From Botryllus schlosseri (lineage: Eukaryota): a stretch of DNA of 64,000 nt. The notes under the pieces are model-generated. The model searched no databases, was not told where the DNA came from, and was given only the letters and a program-made list of their open reading frames with translations. Shown piece after piece: positions 1 through 13,050 of this stretch. The position numbers and the translations under genes were made by a program. Position 1 is the first letter of the stretch, and every line of letters begins with the position of its first letter. Location: positions 3,348,001 through 3,412,000 of the forward strand of contig CM119371.1 of the NCBI GenBank assembly GCA_051294905.1, in the 5' to 3' direction.

Positions 1-203
1 TTTGCATTGGAACATAAGTCCCTGAAAACATGATTGCATCAGTTTATCGAAGCACTAAAAAGGTAAACGTGTTAGTCAATAGCAAGGAAAAGCTATACAG
101 TCGAGCATGCTATTTCGGACAGTTTTGTTACGCTTTCTTTCGGCAAAAATAAGCGGAGACACTGCTTTGTCCAAATTAACCGGAAAATCAATTGCCCTCT
201 TAT

Positions 204-1529
204 CAGTGTTGGGATCAAGTCACTACCTTCGAGTCACGAGTCATTTCGAGTCATCGCACATTTTGACTCGAGTCCAGTCAAGTCATTCGATTTTCAAAGG
301 TGACTCGAGTCAAGTCAAGTCAGTCGTTTTTTGGAGGTGACTCGAGTCAAGTCAAGTCAAGTCAAGTCAAGTCACGAGTCAAGTCACAATTCAAGTCAAA
401 TTGAATTTTCGAAGTATGAGTGATCATTTCAATCTATTATATTTTACTAGCTGTGTTAAAGAGATCAATTGGTCATTGATCTTGAATCAAATAACGAATA
501 TAAAGTTAAATATACATGCAAAAATGCGCTGTATCGCTCACGCACACGTAAAACTGCTAATAAAATACGTAAGTAACTCTCTAGCTACATCAGGGGTGTC
601 AAACATACGACGCACGAAGACATTCTGAGTATATGTTGAAAATTGCGTGATTTTAGCCAACACATTTCTCGAATTTGTAGTAAGAAATACTATTAATAAA
701 TATTCCTTCAAGATAGGAAATTTCGAGTATGTTCATAGGTCACATTATAACAACCCGACAGCGGAGTTGTGATTGTATCGTCAGGAGAAAATCGCTGACA
801 TTAACACCCAATTCCGAGTATGCGAAAAAGTGCATATATTGAGTTGAGAGTTAGTACTATTTTGGAATCATTTGACTGGTGCAGCCCGCGAGTGATCTGT
901 ATATTTCAATTCGACCCACGACGCCAGTTGAGTTTGACAACTCTGAGCTACATGCTACATTCTCTTATTATCATCCAAAATAGAGGATCGAATACGAAGC
1001 CTCGAGAAGATGAACGAAATTGATATCGTACAATACACTAGCCATCTATACACATCCGTGAGGATGTAAATGCATAAAATATATTTGTTCGATTTAAATC
1101 ATACAAGAGGGCTGTTAAAGGTGAGCGCCGTGCAATGTAAGGACAGAGCCGTCCAATAAACAGCGATTCGTTGCTGTTAAATTAAACTGCTACTACGACA
1201 ACGCAAGCTGCGATCATTTCGTATGCGTGCAGTGTATTTGTGATGTAACAATGTAGTATTAGTGAAACGTACAATCAGTGAATGATTGGCTGCTTGCTCT
1301 CAAAAGTTACAACGGCTTGTCGTGAATAATCCGAACATGCACAAAATACATTGATTTAGTCGGCACCGTTTACTTGATGACTTGACATTGACTCGTGAAT
1401 TTTGCTCCGAGTCACGAGTCAATCCACATTTTTGAAGCGCCGAGTCAAGTCAAGTCAAGTCATTTCTGCAAAGTGACTCGGGTCAAGTCAAGTCATTCGA
1501 AAAAGTTGACTCGAGTCATCCCAACACTG
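204..1529. mobile_element. Non-autonomous hAT-type DNA transposon (CAGTGTTGGGA termini, GTCAA/GACTCGAGTC subterminal arrays)
   Basis: TIR CAGTGTTGGGA at 204 and TCCCAACACTG ending 1529; perfect 8-bp TSD CCTCTTAT at 196-203 and 1530-1537. Confidence 0.9.
591..945. mobile_element. Buster-type hAT MITE nested in the 204-1529 element
   Basis: CAGGGGTGTCAAAC...GTTTGACAACTCTG termini; perfect TSD AGCTACAT at 583-590 and 946-953; same family as 26805-27950. Confidence 0.88.
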
Positions 1530-1739
1530 CCTCTTATAGCAACCCGGTGAACCCTTACACTAATCTGAAAGAATTTCGTGAACGCCATATTTTTGTCAAG
1601 TCACAAAAAACCTATCACAATACACATCTAATACATTACTATTGAACTCTAGTGCACGGAATGACTTATGCATCAAGCATCGGTGTTAAGGAAAACAAAA
1701 CTGTTAAAACACGATCATCACACAAAATACATGACTGTA

Positions 1740-2610
1740 AATCAGTGTGACTTCTGTTGTATGAGTCGGATGTGTGTTTACTTCCCGTGAAACTCAAGAT
1801 TGGCTCAGAGCAAACTAGGACAACTAGATAATTGTAGGTATCCAATCACACTGATTAGATGAAATTACGGTAATCTAATTATAATATACTTTGTGGAGTG
1901 TTTTTTTGCTCTAATTTTAATTCTAATCTGACTTGTGGAATTTTTCTAACCTCACGTTTAAATTCTGATCAAATTTCTGGTTTTCCCAAAAATGCTACAG
2001 GGGAACTGTATCATGCAAATCGAGTCGAGCTTGCTGTACAGACCGTTGTCGTTCTCATGCTTATGAGACTGAGGTCTGATTTAATATGAACTGAGCTTCA
2101 TCCCATGTCCAAGTTTTCGCGAATCAAGTGATTCTAATTCCAATCTCACTTTGAAAAATTGTGTAGATTTAACTCTGATTTTAATCTTAATTTGAAAAAA
2201 AGTTTAGTTATAATTATAATTCTAAATCTAGTATAGTTTGTAAAAAAATTGTGGCTTTTAGCCATCATCCATTCCCAATCTAATTTTGAAAAGTTGCAAA
2301 TGATATAGTTGTTGAAATCTGGCTCATAGAGCCCCTGGAGTTATCGTGTGAAACCCCGGTTAGAAATCATTGCTTCAAGATTGTAATCTTCCTAATTGTA
2401 AAATACCGGTACGTTAATAGTTTTGATTCTGACATGCCTACAACATTTTGACACATCTAGGAAGATTGTGAGAGCAAAGTCGAATTGTGTGTTGCATTTT
2501 TCAGTTTGGCCCGCTTTGCATTTTCAATCTTCGCAAGTTTCTTCCATTCTATTGCGTTGAGACCTTCAGCGGCTTGCGTTCCTACACAAAAAATCACAGG
2601 TGGTCATGAA
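1740..2610. repeat. Dispersed repeat with (CTAATT/TTCTAAT)-rich interior; other copies about 7290-8085 and 21930-22400
   Basis: Colinear similarity by eye (e.g. CCGTGAAACTCAAGATTGGCTCAG vs CCGTGAACCCTGAGACTGGCTCAG; CTTCAGCGGCTTGCGTTCCTACACA shared); ends not defined. Confidence 0.65.
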
Positions 2611-2674
2611 GTCAGCATCGCACTTTTCTACTAGTCGTAACCATAGATGGTTATACTTTTTAAGTAGCTTCACG

Positions 2675-2900
2675 CAGGGTTGTTGACTCGACTTGAGTAA
2701 TTTCTTGAAATGACTCGACTCGAGTCAATTTTTGTATTGACTCGGCTTGAACTCGAGTCATTGCGTATGACTCTAACCATGTCACATGACTCAATACTGG
2801 GACGGCCAAGACAGACATTTCATTGTAACTTCGAAATATAGTGAAGTCACCGCATCATTGGTATGTCATCCATTAGTCCTGATACTTGGAAAATACGGCC
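2675..2900. mobile_element. Truncated copy of the GACTC-rich CAGGG element family (full copy 48025-48534)
   Basis: CAGGGTT start, GACTCGAC arrays and internal sequence matching about 48060-48260. Confidence 0.6.
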
Positions 2901-4479
2901 AGGAGCTGTTAGGGCTGAGGAAAAGTACGACATTCTATATTACTCGAGTAGAAGTGAAAAAAGTGGGTTGAATCGGATTGAACTCAAAACTGTACAGTTA
3001 ATACAATTACTGTGTTTCCATGCAGCACTGAAGTACAGCCAAAAGGGTATGACACATGCATTTTACATGTCGGTCGTGTTTCCATGACCAGGCCTAATCC
3101 AACCCTGTCTTGGCCGAACAAGACTGACATGTACGTTTTTATCTCACTTATTCACTATGAATTTTCACTACATCACAAGATTGCGATGAAAAGACTCGAT
3201 AGGAAGGAGCCGATACGACTAGAATCGACCATTCAATCAAACTACTCACTTCGACCTGGAACATGCAGGTTGGCTGAAATTAAGCATATAAAAAGGGTAC
3301 CGGAAATGAATTTTTGGGGTTGCAACGCCTTGCATTTCAAGCTCGAAAGCGAGTCTTTTTGAAATGCAGATTCTATCTCCAATATTACTTAGCTCATTTG
3401 CAATTCAGTAGTTTGTATTACAGTAGTATCAGTTGTTAGTTCGTTGTGTTTGAGTTAGTACGGCATCCGATTTTCTAAGGTCGTTAGTTTCAGATCAGAG
3501 GTTCTAAAACTGTGGGCGTGAAACCATCTGAAGGAAGGCGCGAAGCTGTGAACGAAAAAAATCGCGCTTTTCGCAGTTTACTTCCAATTCCATATTAGAG
3601 GATTCTCACATCAACAGTCATAACTAGGGCGATTTTTGTTACATATCCAAAAATGTCAAAATTGTTTACAAAGTTATATACAGCTTTTTTACAATCTGCA
3701 TTTCGTTTATATTGTAGATTTTGCAGTGTCAGTGAACTTATCATCTGAAATTTACCGCTTGCAGCCTACTTTATAGGCCTTCTGTTGTAGACGGCCCATT
3801 GTCTGCTCATTGTGATTCATAAACATTCAAATGATACAAACAGGTTTGCATGGTGATATGCTCAAAGTACCGCAATAACCTAGCTGAAGCAACACTGCGT
3901 GGGCAATGCATGGTACTTATATCAAGAAGCGTTGTACTTCTAAACATTTTAGTTATTTCTACCATAATACGCAATGTTACTACTGCAATGCTTCATAGGG
4001 CCAGATTTCGTTAAAATAAATTTTTTCATGTAAAAGTTTTTCAGTTATATCAGCAAAATAAAATTTTCAAGATAAACTACTTCGTAAGAACAAAACAGTT
4101 CCAATCAGAGGTGAAGATAAGTAGTACAATTCTAACGTTATGTGGGAAAACAACTAATTTGTATACGCTAGATCAAATTTGGTCAGGTTTTTTAGGAGGA
4201 AAATGTCAAAATTTAGATTTTTTAGGTCAAAATCTTTCGATTTCAGGTAAAAAATAAACTGATCAATACCATCCATGCCATCAAACTGTCCGTTGGGATC
4301 GGCTGCGTTCTGATTGAGTTTGTGATATGACGATAAGGGGGCGCGAAATCTTTCAATATCAAAAAGGGGGACGTATCGAAGATCAAATTTAAATTGCAAG
4401 TTTCGCGAAGCGAGTACAGATTTTGGAAATCCAGTAGTTTATTCAAGTCTGGTTACAGTACGATACAGTACGGTAAGTA

Positions 4480-5030
4480 TGAACGAGTCTACTCACGTTT
4501 TCCTTACATTTCAGCGAGTTGATACAATTTGCCACTTTGTCAGAGGTGAAGCCATGAATCGAGCGAGAGCACATCTTTTGGACATGCCGAAGGCGGAATT
4601 GATGGCAATCTGAATAGAAGATGTCAAGAATGTGACAGCAACGTATTGAGTTAAATGAATATATGCAGGAAAATAATGTACAAGCATCTGAGATCTGATG
4701 ACCATACGTACAACGCACTTGATATCAAAAAGGAAGCAGCAAGTTTGTCATTTATATCCAACTTTTTGATATTTGCCGTCGACTTACACACACTTGCCAC
4801 AAACAAATTTTGAGTTCAAGCAGGTTTATTTGTGTCTGAAGTTAGCTCAAAATTGCCTTCACTTTATCATATTTGTCAGTTGGTGAGACAGATATCGACG
4901 GTTCTATATCGAGGCAAAGGTATAGTTAGCGGCAAGTTTCAAGCTGAGACACGCCCGCGTGCTTGCGAAAGTACAGCCTGTTGAAGTGGTCTGGCGGACA
5001 GTTTTGAGATGAACCGAGTCACTTTGCAAA
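4480..5030 (-). pseudogene. Decayed NLR paralog fragment (post-NACHT region), copy A
   Basis: Paralogous to about 5960-6560 and 9420-9580; broken frames give RPLQQAVLSQ and MCSRSIHGFTSDKVANCINSLK followed by a GTAAG donor, resembling ALSQSILSQ and SCCSIDDELLSIIARCLEN|GT of the 51.5-kb NLR exon. Confidence 0.45.
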
Positions 5031-5959
5031 AATGACTTGAATCGGTGTTTCAGAAATGCGGATTGACTCGTGACTCGAAGCAAAATCAAGTCAAGTCATC
5101 AAGAAATTGGTGTCTCTATAAATCGCTGTATACTTTACAAATGTTCGGATTGTTCTCGATACGCTGGTGTGACTTGTGAGAGCGACGAATCCCATTCAAT
5201 CAATGATCTTGCGTTTACTGAACTAGAGTAGGTCAGCACCATAGCACTGACGAGTTTGTGCTGAATATCAGCCCGCACATACCTGGTCGAACAAAAACTT
5301 TTCTGCCGAGATACAAATTCCTCTTGCCATCCTTCTCATTATTTTACTTGTTCTGCTGATTTATCATCCTTTCACGTCTGCTCACAACTTCCTTAACTTG
5401 AATCTCATTACTGTCCAGGTTGTTGCTCTGCAATGGTGGCCAAACAGTCACAAATATGTTTACGGACAGAGATGTAGAATAAGGGTGTTAAACTAGCGAA
5501 TTTTTTCAAATTTCATATACTTAATCGTCAAATTATCTTGAAAAAAATGTTGCTCACCACATTTGACTCAATTCCAACCAGTAGCTGTCGTGATCATTGA
5601 AATTAGGATGGGGAGGGATGGATGTCTTCTCCACTTGTTTTGAGGATGGGTTTTGAGCGTCAGAACTCCATCTATTTCAAGCTCGAAACCCTGTCCTTTT
5701 GAAAAGTCAATTCTATCTCCAATACTTCTCAGTTCATTTGTATTTCAGTAGTTTGTATTATTATCAGTTATTAGTTCGTTGTGTTTCAGTTAGTACGGCA
5801 TCAGATTTTCAAACGTCGTTAGTTCTAGATCTGATTGAAGTAGCAAGTTTTGCAAAGCGAGTGCAGATTTTGGAAATCCAGTAGTTTGTACAAGTCTGGT
5901 TACGGTGCCGGAATAGTGGTTTAAAAGTAAGCATGGATGTATCTACCCCTGTTTTCTTT

Positions 5960-6870
5960 ACCATTCAGCGAGTCGATGCAATTTGCCACTTTTTCGAAAG
6001 TGAGGTCTTGAATAGGACGAGAGCACATCCCCTGCACATGTTAATGGTAGAATCGATGGAGATCTGAATACAAGATGTCAAAGTGACAGCAACATATTGA
6101 AATATACTAATATGTGCTGGAAAACAACGAACATGCATCTGATGACCATACGCACAATGCATTTAATATCAAAAAGGAAGCATCAAGTTTCTCATTAAAT
6201 TCGACTTTTCATGTTTGCTTTCGACTTCCACGCACTTGCCGTGAATACACTTTGAGTTCATTTTGATTTTCGGATGACGGACGTTGATCAGTCATCGGCA
6301 ACTTGTGAGTCGTGACCCCGGGCGGGGTCACCCAAATTATTTGTGGGGTCGCAATAACTCAATGACGTTGAAGCCAGGTGGATTCGTGTCTTGAGCTATC
6401 TTAAAATTACCTTCACTTTATCATATTCCTAAGTTGGTCGGACTGATATTGAGATGCCAACGGTTGTATATTGAGGCATAGCTATCCGTAGAGGCAATTT
6501 CCAAGCTGTGATATGTGAGCGTGTTTGTGAAAGCACGGGCTGTTGTAATGGTTTTGCGCAGAAGAGAGAGAAATTGGATATTTTGCATCATTCACTCATA
6601 TGGCTCATGAACTAGACTTGTTAAAGACACAGATGAATAGCTTCGCGCTGCAAAGAGGCAACTGGAGTGGAACATGGCGTTATTGAAAAAATCATTACGG
6701 TAGTTTTCTGAAAAAAAGGTACGGGTAAAAAATAGCTACAGCAAAAAATAGTTATGGGATAATCTTTCATGGCTTCTATGAGGTAAATTGGCATGACACC
6801 AAGGAAAAACAACCCTGCATCGCCGATACCAACTTCATTTTTGAAAATTGCAGATTTCGTCATTTCATTT
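5960..6870 (-). pseudogene. Decayed NLR paralog fragment (NACHT end plus post-NACHT region), copy B
   Basis: Broken frames give MFHSSCLFAARSY (compare FCHQSMQEFLAASFI), VHEP, KPLQQPVLSQ and MCSRPIQDLTFEKVANCIDSLN|GTAAAG in the same order as in the intact NLR; stops and frameshifts present. Confidence 0.45.
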
Positions 6871-8862
6871 CACGTTTCTCACGGGGCTGTATCTGTAATT
6901 GCGAAAATTACTTCTACTAATTATAAGTGACACCTCTACTAAATCTATTTTTTTAAACTACTCAATTGAGTAATTTTAAGACGTTTCCAGTTCTACTACC
7001 ACTCCACAATACCTACTATGATTTTACGATGTAAGTAAGGCGCCTTGGCACTGGATTTTTCTATGCGAGAGGGATATCCTTGTTAACTCGTTGCAAAATG
7101 CCTCGGACAAAGAGGCATTTTCAGGAGAACAATAAATTAGATTAGAATTAAAATTAGAGCATACGAACATTTAACCAATTAGATTATAATTAGAACTGAA
7201 GATCATGTCACAAATTAGATCACAATTAGATTACTTGCATTTCACTCTAATTTAGTCCAAGTCTGATTACAGGCACTGTATATCATAGTGACTTCTGTAA
7301 GAGTCCGTTGTGTGTTTTGACTTACCGTGAACCCTGAGACTGGCTCAGCATGACGTGGACAACTATATAATTCTAGTTGACTAATTACACTGATTAGAGC
7401 AAAATATGTGTAATTTGATTCTAATATAGTTTGTAAAATGTTTCATTGCTCTAACTATAATTCTGATCTAATTTCTGGTTTTCCGTAAAATGCTACAAGA
7501 AAACTGTAGCGAGCGAAACGAGTCAAGGTTGGCGTTCAGACATTTGACATTCTCAAACTTATGAGATTGAGGTCTGATCTGATATGAATTGCACTTGATC
7601 ACATTATCAAGATTTTGCGAATTCTGTAATTCTGATTCCAATCTAATTTGTTAAAACTGTGTAGCTAATACTTTAATTCTAATCTAGTTAAAAAAAAATG
7701 TACAGTTATAATTCTAATTCTAGCATGATTTGTCAAAAACTGTTCAGCTAGCATTCTAATTCCAATCTGATTTAAAAAGGCTGCAAATGATCTATTTGTC
7801 CAAGTGTGGCTCATCGCAACCCCTGGAGTTGTCGTGTGAAGACCGGTTAGGAACAACTGCTCCAAGGTCATTACAAAACATGCTAACAGTTGTGTTGTTG
7901 ACATACCTTCAACTTTTATCGACGACACTTCTAGGAAGTTTCGAACACAAAGTCCGGTTGTAGAGAAAGAGACGTTCGGATTTTTCAGTTTGGCCCGTTT
8001 TGCCTCTTCTATCGATCCACGTTTCTTCCATTCTATTGCGCTGAGAACTTCAGCGGCTTGCGTTCCTACACATAAAGACACAGTTGGTCAATGTAGTGAG
8101 CATTGCGATTTTCCATTAGTGTTAATTGGTTAACCAAAGGTGGATGATTTTGACGTAGCTTCACGACTAGAGAAAAATGATTCATGACACTAACACACAA
8201 TACACAGGTAGCATCTTCAAAACTATTTTCAAATACTGTGACACAGGCGGCAGTCATTCACTAAAATAAGTGATGCAACTTATCCTAAAACCAATTAAAA
8301 CTTTTCAAAATTCAAATTATGAGAGAAGTAGTTTGATCTCAAATTTGGCTTGTGTGTTGTGTAAATACACAACAATTTGGCTTGTGTGTTGTCTAAAAAC
8401 ATAACAAGAAGTTCATCATGCAGTTCAAGTATGGTACCGTACTGAAAATTTTCAGGAATTAAAATGTAGTCAGATGCTACTCAAGTAATAATTTTCACAG
8501 TAAACTTCAAGTTGTAACATTGAATGCAAACTTTACAAGTTGATGGTTGATAGCCATTAAATAGCTAAAACGGTTGAGAACCAGTGGTCGATTAGTAGTC
8601 ATACGGGAACAATATCGCTTAGAAATTATGATGATTCAATAAGATACAAATGTATCGCAAGCTGAACGTTACTTTGACAAAATCTGGTATCCGGAAGTTT
8701 ATGATATCGTGCCACGCCATGGTCTGCCCAATCTATTACAATTTCACATCTCAATCTGAAAATGCAACAAGTTGTAGGCTAGTCCTCTTGTGAGAAAATA
8801 CACATCAAATTTTGAGGTGATTAGAAATTCGTTACGTATCTTTCTGCATCGTGTCTACTGTC

Positions 8863-9200
8863 TAGGGCTGAGAAAAATCGAGTACCTGAATGAATCGATT
8901 CTGAATCACGAAATATGCTTCGAGCCATATCAAGTAATCTAGTATCAGTCATTACGATGTCTTACCGGTTTTGTCACCACAAAGATTAGAATATATTGCC
9001 TGTTAGCCATCTTATAAAATATGCTTTGGTATACTTTTCGACCATATTGATTTCATTCCACTCGGTGACAATGTTGTGTGATAATCATGACTTCGGAAAT
9101 GTGCTTCGTCCAGTAACCTTCGTAGCTTTGTACTAAATGTTCCGTATGCTACAATACCGCCAATAAGGTTTCGAGGCTTCGGAAGTGAAAATAAGTACCA
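8863..9200. mobile_element. Truncated TAGGGCTG-family hAT MITE
   Basis: Starts TAGGGCTGAGAAAAATCGAGTA, the reverse complement of one end of the 25816-26321 and 44544-45046 elements; internal similarity continues to about 9200. Confidence 0.7.
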
Positions 9201-9419
9201 CAACTATAATTCTTGTTGATAAATTAAGAAAAAAAATCGTAAAAATTCAACCGTACATTCTATGTACATCTGAACGTAAAATACAGTTCAACCCACACCA
9301 AAGTTGTAGCCCTTTGAAAATAAACCCAAGAATCAAAATCAAGTTGGTGGTTCTTAACAGGACTGCGCCCGACGGAAATTTCAAACAGTCGGATTTGTGT
9401 CAGAAGCATGTTGGAAGTT

Positions 9420-9760
9420 GTCTTGATCCTATCAAGTTTGGCAGGGTGTCGGACTGATACCGAGATGCCAATGATTGTATATTGAGGTATATTGAGCTAT
9501 TAATACAGAGGTGATTTTCAAGCTGTGATATGTTATCGTATTTATGACCTCACAACCTGTTGTAGTGGTCTGTAAGAGAGGCACATGGAATATTTGGAAC
9601 TGGCATCATTTACCCATGGCTCAGCAGCAAGGAGATAGTACCTGAGAGTTGTTCAACACACAGATGAATAAATTTGCGCAGCCGTGGAAGCATGGATACA
9701 ACTGGAGTGGAACACGGTGTTATGGAAAAAATTTATTTGCAGTACGGAGGCTTTTTGAAG
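9420..9760 (-). pseudogene. Decayed NLR paralog fragment, copy C
   Basis: Nucleotide similarity to 6430-6700 (ACTGGAGTGGAACA, CACAGATGAATA, TTCAAGCTGTGATATG); FFHNTVFHSSC and RPLQQVV in broken frames. Confidence 0.4.
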
Positions 9761-10329
9761 AAAATATCAGCGGTCAAATATTATTTTTTCATTTAATTTT
9801 CAATTGAAGGCCATTTCATATTTAGAGCGCAATACCACTGAGAATAATCATTTTAGAATACTTTTGTATCCACATTTCCTTGTAATTACCGAGCTGCAAC
9901 ATCACTCGTTAGATCTTTTTCATTATCAGAAAACAATATGGGGTCGAATGTAAATGCTGGTTTTATTTCCATTCATTTCCTCTTGAAAAAATTGCCAACC
10001 ACTCGCCAAGAGTACGTCACCACCACTATAGTGAAAAATTTGCTCTGTATATTGACCCCTACAAGTACCTGGTCGTACGAGCCTTGATCAGCCAAGATGC
10101 AAATTCCTCTTGTCCCCCTCCTAATTCTTTTGCTTCTTCTGTTGGTTGAGCAACCTTTACCCTTCAGTTCTGCTCACAGCTTGATATACTCGAAGCTTAT
10201 TCCCGTCCAGGGTCTCGCTCTAAAATGGCAGTCACCCATAAGTTTACAGTCAGTCTTGTACGAACTACCAATCTAGTTAGTTGGCGATCAACTAACTACT
10301 GATTATTCCGAACTTCAAGTTCCAGTTGT

Positions 10330-10760
10330 TTTTCGGCAAAAATTTTCTGTTAACCCCATGAAAGTAAGGTTGTCTATACTATAGAAACTATGCTCACCAA
10401 ATTTGGTTCAATTCCAACCAGTGGACCCCAGGCTTATACTCACCAGAATTGATAGTATATATAGTAGGGGTCTTAAAAAATCACTTTTTTTTCTCAAATC
10501 ATACTGGCTACTTGATAAAATTGTTAGGTTACCTAATTTAAGCCTGCACACCAAATTTGGTTCAATTCCAACAAGTAGCCGCATTGCTACAGGAGAAGAA
10601 AGGTTCTATTTATTTAAAATAAATAAATAACATATAATTTGAAAATTTTCTGATCACCCCATGAAAGTGTTAGGTTGTCTATACTATAGAAACTATGCTC
10701 TCCAAATTTGTTGTTCAATTCCAACCAGTGGAAGCGAAGTTATTGCCGTCAAAAAATTTG
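10330..10760. repeat. Tandem subrepeats (CCAAATTTGGTTCAATTCCAACCAGT core) of a foldback-type family; also about 5540-5600 and 45553-46392
   Basis: Three recurrences of the core; a family-type end TAGGGGTCTTAAAAAA at about 10465. Confidence 0.65.
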
Positions 10761-10766
10761 AATTAT

Positions 10767-10842
10767 GAATAAAATAGTATTTACGCTGACCAATTCTTCA
10801 ATTATTTATTATAGTGGTGCCCACCGTAATACTATTTTATTC
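10767..10842. repeat. 76-bp palindromic mini-element
   Basis: GAATAAAATAGTATT...AATACTATTTTATTC inverted ends; partial reverse-complement copy at about 30510-30565. Confidence 0.6.
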
Positions 10843-12039
10843 TAGATTTTCGATCTAAAAACCCAGTAGCTTACACAAGACCAAGCACACACATTATGCG
10901 TCAGAAATACTGGCCTCTTATGAATGTATCTCTTTTTCCAAAGTCGCCAATAGGGTGGAGTGAAAAAAAGAAAATTTTGAATTTCAAAAAGTGTCTCTGA
11001 TATTTGGCCCCAAATCAAAAATTAATAACTTCTATCATAATTTCAGGTTCTTACGCCCTCTAGTGGCCGAGCTAGTTCACCAAACGAGTCGAAAATAGCT
11101 AATTTTGCCATATCTTGATAACCGCTTATGCTAGAAAGCCAGTTTTGGGTTTAAAATCTGTGGAAGCAAGATGTTTCTATCTCACTTCCATAGAACTTTG
11201 TCCTGAAAATGTACAGAAAAAAAGTTACAAGCAAATTGTTGATTTTTAGACCGCCATTAAAAGTGTTGGATGGTTGTACCAAATTTGCAATGCCGATTAG
11301 CATGTTACTGTTTGTTGCATTGCTACTTTAACAACGAAATCTTGTTTGAAGGACTTATCAGTTGATTTTAATATCAACTAGTATAATTTGGATAGTAGAG
11401 AGCATGATTGAACTTTCTTCATAGTTGTAAAGGAGATACATGACCATTGGATTTGGTACAATGTATTTTCCATAAATGAGTTTCCTATCGCGCGAAAAGT
11501 CAATCAACTGATGTTGAAATTTAGTCAACTAACTCGGTATCACAAGAAATCTAGAACATCAAATTCTTATAAAGAAATGGAAACTACGGTACGTTCTTGC
11601 AAGATATTGATAAGCTTTTTGGTATATTCTGCTGCGATAGCAAACAGAGAGATAAAATTGCACTCCAATGTGGCTTAAGGATGGCACCGAAGGATTTGAA
11701 GATCAAAAAGCAGAGCGCAAGGGAAAATGTTTGGTTGACGCTGTGCCTCTTTCATCAGCTGACGAAAGATTTCGAAGGCAGTCAAGCTCAATCCAACAAC
11801 CGGTGATTCTAATGCAGGTGCCAGCACTTCTATTGGGCAATTCAGCTTTAATCAAAGTGATTCAGAGTCAATGCAATCTTAATCAACATCTTCTGGTAAT
11901 GATTCAACTTTTATGGGAGGTGCTCAACCATCAAACCAAAACCATGTGTTGGGGATCAACTTGGCAAGAGTTTGTGAACGGTATAATGTATTGGACCTTG
12001 CAGGAGCTGCTGCTGCAACTTGTGTATTGCAATATGTTG

Positions 12040-12510
12040 GAATAATCAACTAAAAAAGTGATTCGTTTGTGGTAGATCACGGCAAATTACGAGGAGAGAG
12101 AGAAAGGCGCTGAAAAGAAATACAAAGAAGAGAAGCAGAAAACTTAAATCTTGTGTATGGACTCTACTTCGATAGAAGAAAAGATGACACTTTGAATATG
12201 GTTGAGGCACCCACTGGAAAATGCTCTATGACAACAGAGCTGGAGGAACATATTGTTTTAGTAGGAGAACCAGGTGAGTATTACCTCGGTCACTTGTCAC
12301 CTCCCAATGGAAAAGGTCGTGTTTTGGCAAGAAATGTATCAATATATTTCCAACACCAAACTCTGCAAAAACCCAGCTGTCGTGGGATCAGACAGTACAG
12401 CTTCAATGACAGGGAGATTCAAAGGCTGCATTCGTTCAATGAACTTTTACAAAGACCACTACAATGGGCTATCTGCTTGCTTCATGGTAATGAGCTGTCA
12501 TTACGATATG
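12040..12510 (+). pseudogene. hATm-type transposase fragment (left arm)
   Basis: YGLYFDRRKDDTL...EEHIVLVGEPGEYYLGH, GSDSTASMTG and LQRPLQWAICLLHGNEL (CxxH motif) across frameshifts; truncated at the palindrome centre. Confidence 0.8.
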
Positions 12511-12569
12511 TTTTCACAGCAATGCGTAATTCAAACACGCAATACAGGATTATAAATTACAACTTTCAA

Positions 12570-13050
12570 GGCGGATATGTAGAATGGCAGCTCATGAAGC
12601 AAGCAGAAGCAAGCAGATAGCCCATTGAAGTGGTCTTTGTAAAATTTCTTCTGTTGCACGAATGCAGCCTTTGAATCTCCCTGTCATTGAAGCTGTACCG
12701 TCTGATCTCACAACAGCTGGGTTTTTGCAGCGGGTCGGTGTTGGAAATAATCTGATATATTTCTTGCCAAAATACGACCTTTTCCATTGGGAGGTGACAA
12801 GTGACTGAGGTAATACTCACCTGGTTCTCCTACTAAAACAATATGTTCCTCCAGGTCTGTTGTCATAGAGCATTTTCCAGTGGACGCCTCAACCATATTC
12901 AAAGTGTCATCTTTTCTTCCGTCGAAGTAGAGTCCATACACAAGATTTACGTTTTCTGCTTTTCTTCTTTGTATTTCTTTTCTGCACCTTTCTCTCTCTC
13001 CTCGTAATTTGCCGTGATCTATCACAAACGAATCACTTTTTTAGTTGATT
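12570..13050 (-). pseudogene. hATm-type transposase fragment (right arm, inverted copy)
   Basis: ORF 12708-13025: YGLYFDGRKDDTLNMVE...EEHIVLVGEPGEYYLSH; mirror image of the left arm. Confidence 0.8.

Noticed and set aside
340-420. GTCAA and other short arrays as CRISPR-like repeats
   Set aside because: No unique spacers and no cas genes; eukaryotic context; they are subterminal repeats of hAT MITEs.
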